DNA from: Candidatus Omnitrophota bacterium
GTDB lineage: Bacteria; Omnitrophota; Gorgyraeia; 2-01-FULL-45-10
Length of the DNA stretch: 64,000 bases
Direction: 5' to 3'
Assembly: GCA_041663425.1 (NCBI GenBank)
Contig: JBAYMS010000003.1
Coordinates: 1,959-65,958, forward strand
Within the stretch, counting starts at the first letter, position 1. Every line of letters begins with the position of its first letter. Positions 62,801 through 64,000 of the stretch are shown here, in pieces. Below the pieces are notes generated by a model. The model did no database searches. It was not told the DNA's origin and saw only the letters and a list, made by a program, of their open reading frames with translations. The position numbers and the translations under genes are program-made.

Positions 62801-64000
62801 ATGAACCTTTATTTCTATAGCTAGCTTTTATCTTTTCCTGATACCTTAAACTCTCATCGAGACCTTCTAAAGCTCTTTCAAAATTGCCATCTTTCAGATT
62901 ACGAATAATACCAGCGAAACCCATAGAGAATTGATCCTCAACACAACCATTAGGCGCGCCTCTTGCTTCTTTTCTCCGTTTAAGACTTTCTCTTACGCCT
63001 TCAGCCAATTTAATACCTTGATTTTTTAGATTATCGGCTCTTTTACTGCCTGTGTCAGTTTTGGCTTTCACAGCTTTTTCGGATGCCATAGTGGCAGCTT
63101 TCTCCGCAACAGCTTTCGCAGACTCGGAGGCATCTGAAAGCTCCACAGAAAGATCCGTATTAAAATCAGCTAATGCTTTGCTAAATGCGGCAAGCCTATC
63201 ACCAGTCGTCATCTTTAACCAGGCATCCCGGCCGACTTCTTTCAACAACTTAGCCACAACATCTTCAAATGGCCCGGGATTGTCATCGCGCCACTGTTTT
63301 CCATTTTTGGTATTATTATCCAGTAATTGCTCGGCATCTTTTTCTACGGCGAGTTTCTTTTCTGCTATCATTTTTTCCGCCATCGCTATAACTTTGGCCT
63401 CATACGCTTCACCATCAATACCAAGTGCTTTATAAATATCGGAGTGAAGTCCTCTTCTCTCTGCCATTAAAGCTTCGAGTTCTGAAATACTCATATTATT
63501 AAGCTCTGAGTAATGGTAAGGCGTAAGACCACCCAGTTCTTTTCTGCCAAATCTCTGCGCCTGCTCAGCGCTTGCGCGTATATGTACTTCCCTTGCACTA
63601 TATCCTTGCTTGATCCAGTAAGCTTCCTGGCCTTCATGAAACAGCATTTCTTCAAAAACATCTTCGTAAGTAAAATTAGTTCCGGACAATCCCGCTTCTA
63701 CCCTTTTCCTGAAAGCCACGTTGTCATTAACAACGATTATTAACCTACCATCAGCAGTCCTGACATCAGTCCTGAATTGATACATCACTGCGGCATCGCC
63801 AAGATCAGCCGATACCATAAGTGCCTCTTCGCCGTTTACAGTTCTTGTTTGCCCCGAAGATTTAGCCGCAGCAAGAAATTCACCCTGGCGCGCCTGTAAA
63901 GCCCTTGCCTTTTCACCGGTATCCTCATCCGTGCCGACTCTCTTGCCAGCACCTGCTGCAGCTTCCGGCTGAGCCAGCTTAGCTAGCTTTACAACTGTAG
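32859..64000 (-). CDS. Giant polytopic multidomain protein, gene B (>10,379 aa; the 5' end lies outside the window)
   Basis: Uninterrupted frame from the stop TAA (32861-32859) to the window edge. Hand translation of 63819-64000 in frame gives ...[67 protein letters not shown] with no stop, so the ATG at 63818 is only the first in-window Met. Confidence 0.9.
   Translation of the reverse strand, partial: [10379 protein letters not shown]
33500..44700 (-). other. TPR / TPR-like superhelical region, about 3,700 aa, forming the C-terminal half of gene B
   Basis: Dozens of 34-aa-like helical hairpins with W-LG-Y / A-F-A-P signatures. Examples: [109 protein letters not shown]. Confidence 0.6.
44790..44950 (-). 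other. TM hairpin preceding the TPR half of gene B
   Basis: [55 protein letters not shown]. Confidence 0.5.
47110..47630 (-). other. Gly/Ala-rich multi-TM bundle (glycine-zipper-like)
   Basis: [47 protein letters not shown] ... [69 protein letters not shown]. Confidence 0.55.
49100..51520 (-). other. SecA-like DEAD motor ATPase domain (SecA_DEAD plus helicase-C-like), with a large insertion between the two RecA lobes
   Basis: [33 protein letters not shown] (motif I, 51353-51336), compare SecA QLIGG..L..GkIAEMk[31 protein letters not shown] (motif II, 51010-50977), compare [41 protein letters not shown] (motif V, 49983-49966), compare [47 protein letters not shown] (motif VI, 49185-49159), compare [29 protein letters not shown]. 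Confidence 0.7.
54050..54700 (-). other. Putative zincin-like metalloprotease module with a HELIH site
   Basis: [66 protein letters not shown]. HELIH is encoded at 54467-54453. Confidence 0.35.
56400..59050 (-). repeat. At least 7 copies of a divergent helical protein module with a TEG[FM]A[KE]AG[IM]S[PV]S-like signature
   Basis: [29 protein letters not shown] (58981-59030). [89 protein letters not shown] (about 57570-57625). [56 protein letters not shown] (about 56685-56770). [20 protein letters not shown] (56403-56452). Confidence 0.5.
59360..61300 (-). repeat. Two duplicated Ala/Glu/Lys-rich low-complexity helical blocks (GCN-codon repeats) separated by a short helical domain
   Basis: Block 1 is about 60540-61300 (..[37 protein letters not shown]..). 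Block 2 is about 59360-60110 (..[37 protein letters not shown]..). The DNA is GC[GAT]-rich and repetitive. Out-of-frame readings produce the K/R/P-rich shadow ORFs 59330-59731 and 61076-61318. Confidence 0.7.

Noticed and set aside
7578-64000. Giant NRPS/PKS, RHS/YD-repeat toxin or Ig/cadherin-type giant adhesin
   Set aside because: None of these signatures is present: no condensation HHxxxDG, no PCP/ACP GG[HD]S[LI], no KS/AT motifs, no YD repeats, and no beta-rich Ig or cadherin-like Gly/Thr/Asp repeat tracts. The proteins are dominated by alpha-helical TPR-like tracts, TM clusters and nucleotide-binding enzyme folds.
7578-64000. The possibility that the 25-kb and 31-kb ORFs are assembly artefacts or one pseudogenised super-ORF
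   Set aside because: Both frames are open over tens of kb with coherent domain motifs throughout. The 198-bp B-A spacer is distinctly AT-rich and contains a perfect sigma-70 promoter, which argues for a genuine intergenic region rather than a broken single gene. Assembly error cannot be fully excluded without reads.

Overview
The window is almost entirely coding on the minus strand. It holds three co-oriented, tandem giant ORFs separated by short AT-rich spacers.

- Gene B, 32859..>64000, more than 10,379 aa. There is no in-frame stop between the annotated ATG at 63818 and the window edge, so the true start lies beyond the window.
- Gene A, 7578..32660, 8,360 aa.
- Gene 3, <1..7355, more than 2,450 aa and complete at its 5' end. 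It runs off the left edge, which is probably why no minus-strand ORF is listed for 1-7355 in the supplied track.

All three proteins are mosaic and polytopic. Clusters of transmembrane (TM) helices alternate with soluble modules that normally occur as stand-alone cytoplasmic enzymes or regulators. In gene B I recognise:
- a SecA-like DEAD motor (motifs I, II, V, VI);
- two duplicated Ala/Glu/Lys-rich helical spacer blocks;
- a repeated helical module with a TEGxAxAGxSPS signature;
- an HExxH site;
- a Gly/Ala-rich multi-TM bundle;
- an approximately 11-kb TPR-like C-terminal half.

In gene A I recognise:
- an N-terminal signal-anchor plus a Tiki/TraB-like domain that gene 3 also has;
- a CPBP/Abi-like intramembrane protease motif triad;
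- two protein-kinase-like domains;
- a TPR-like region;
- a Upf1-like SF1 helicase (motifs I-VI);
- an HExxH site;
- an approximately 10-TM region;
- a GCS2/glutamine-synthetase-like amidoligase-type module;
- near-identical tandem HEAT-like repeats;
- a sigma-70 family region 2 + region 4 module sandwiched between TM hairpins.

Gene 3 carries a YvcK/CofD (UPF0052) domain (GGGTG ... DDGGS ... GPGSFLTS motifs).

A textbook sigma-70 promoter (TTGACA-16-TATAAT) sits in the B-A spacer. No NRPS/PKS, RHS/YD or Ig/cadherin adhesin signatures were seen. The locus looks like a family of tandem membrane-anchored megaproteins, possibly polyprotein-like, with embedded ATPase, helicase, kinase, protease and sigma-factor modules. 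The sequence alone does not place it taxonomically. All domain calls are motif-level inferences made by eye and need HMM or structure confirmation.
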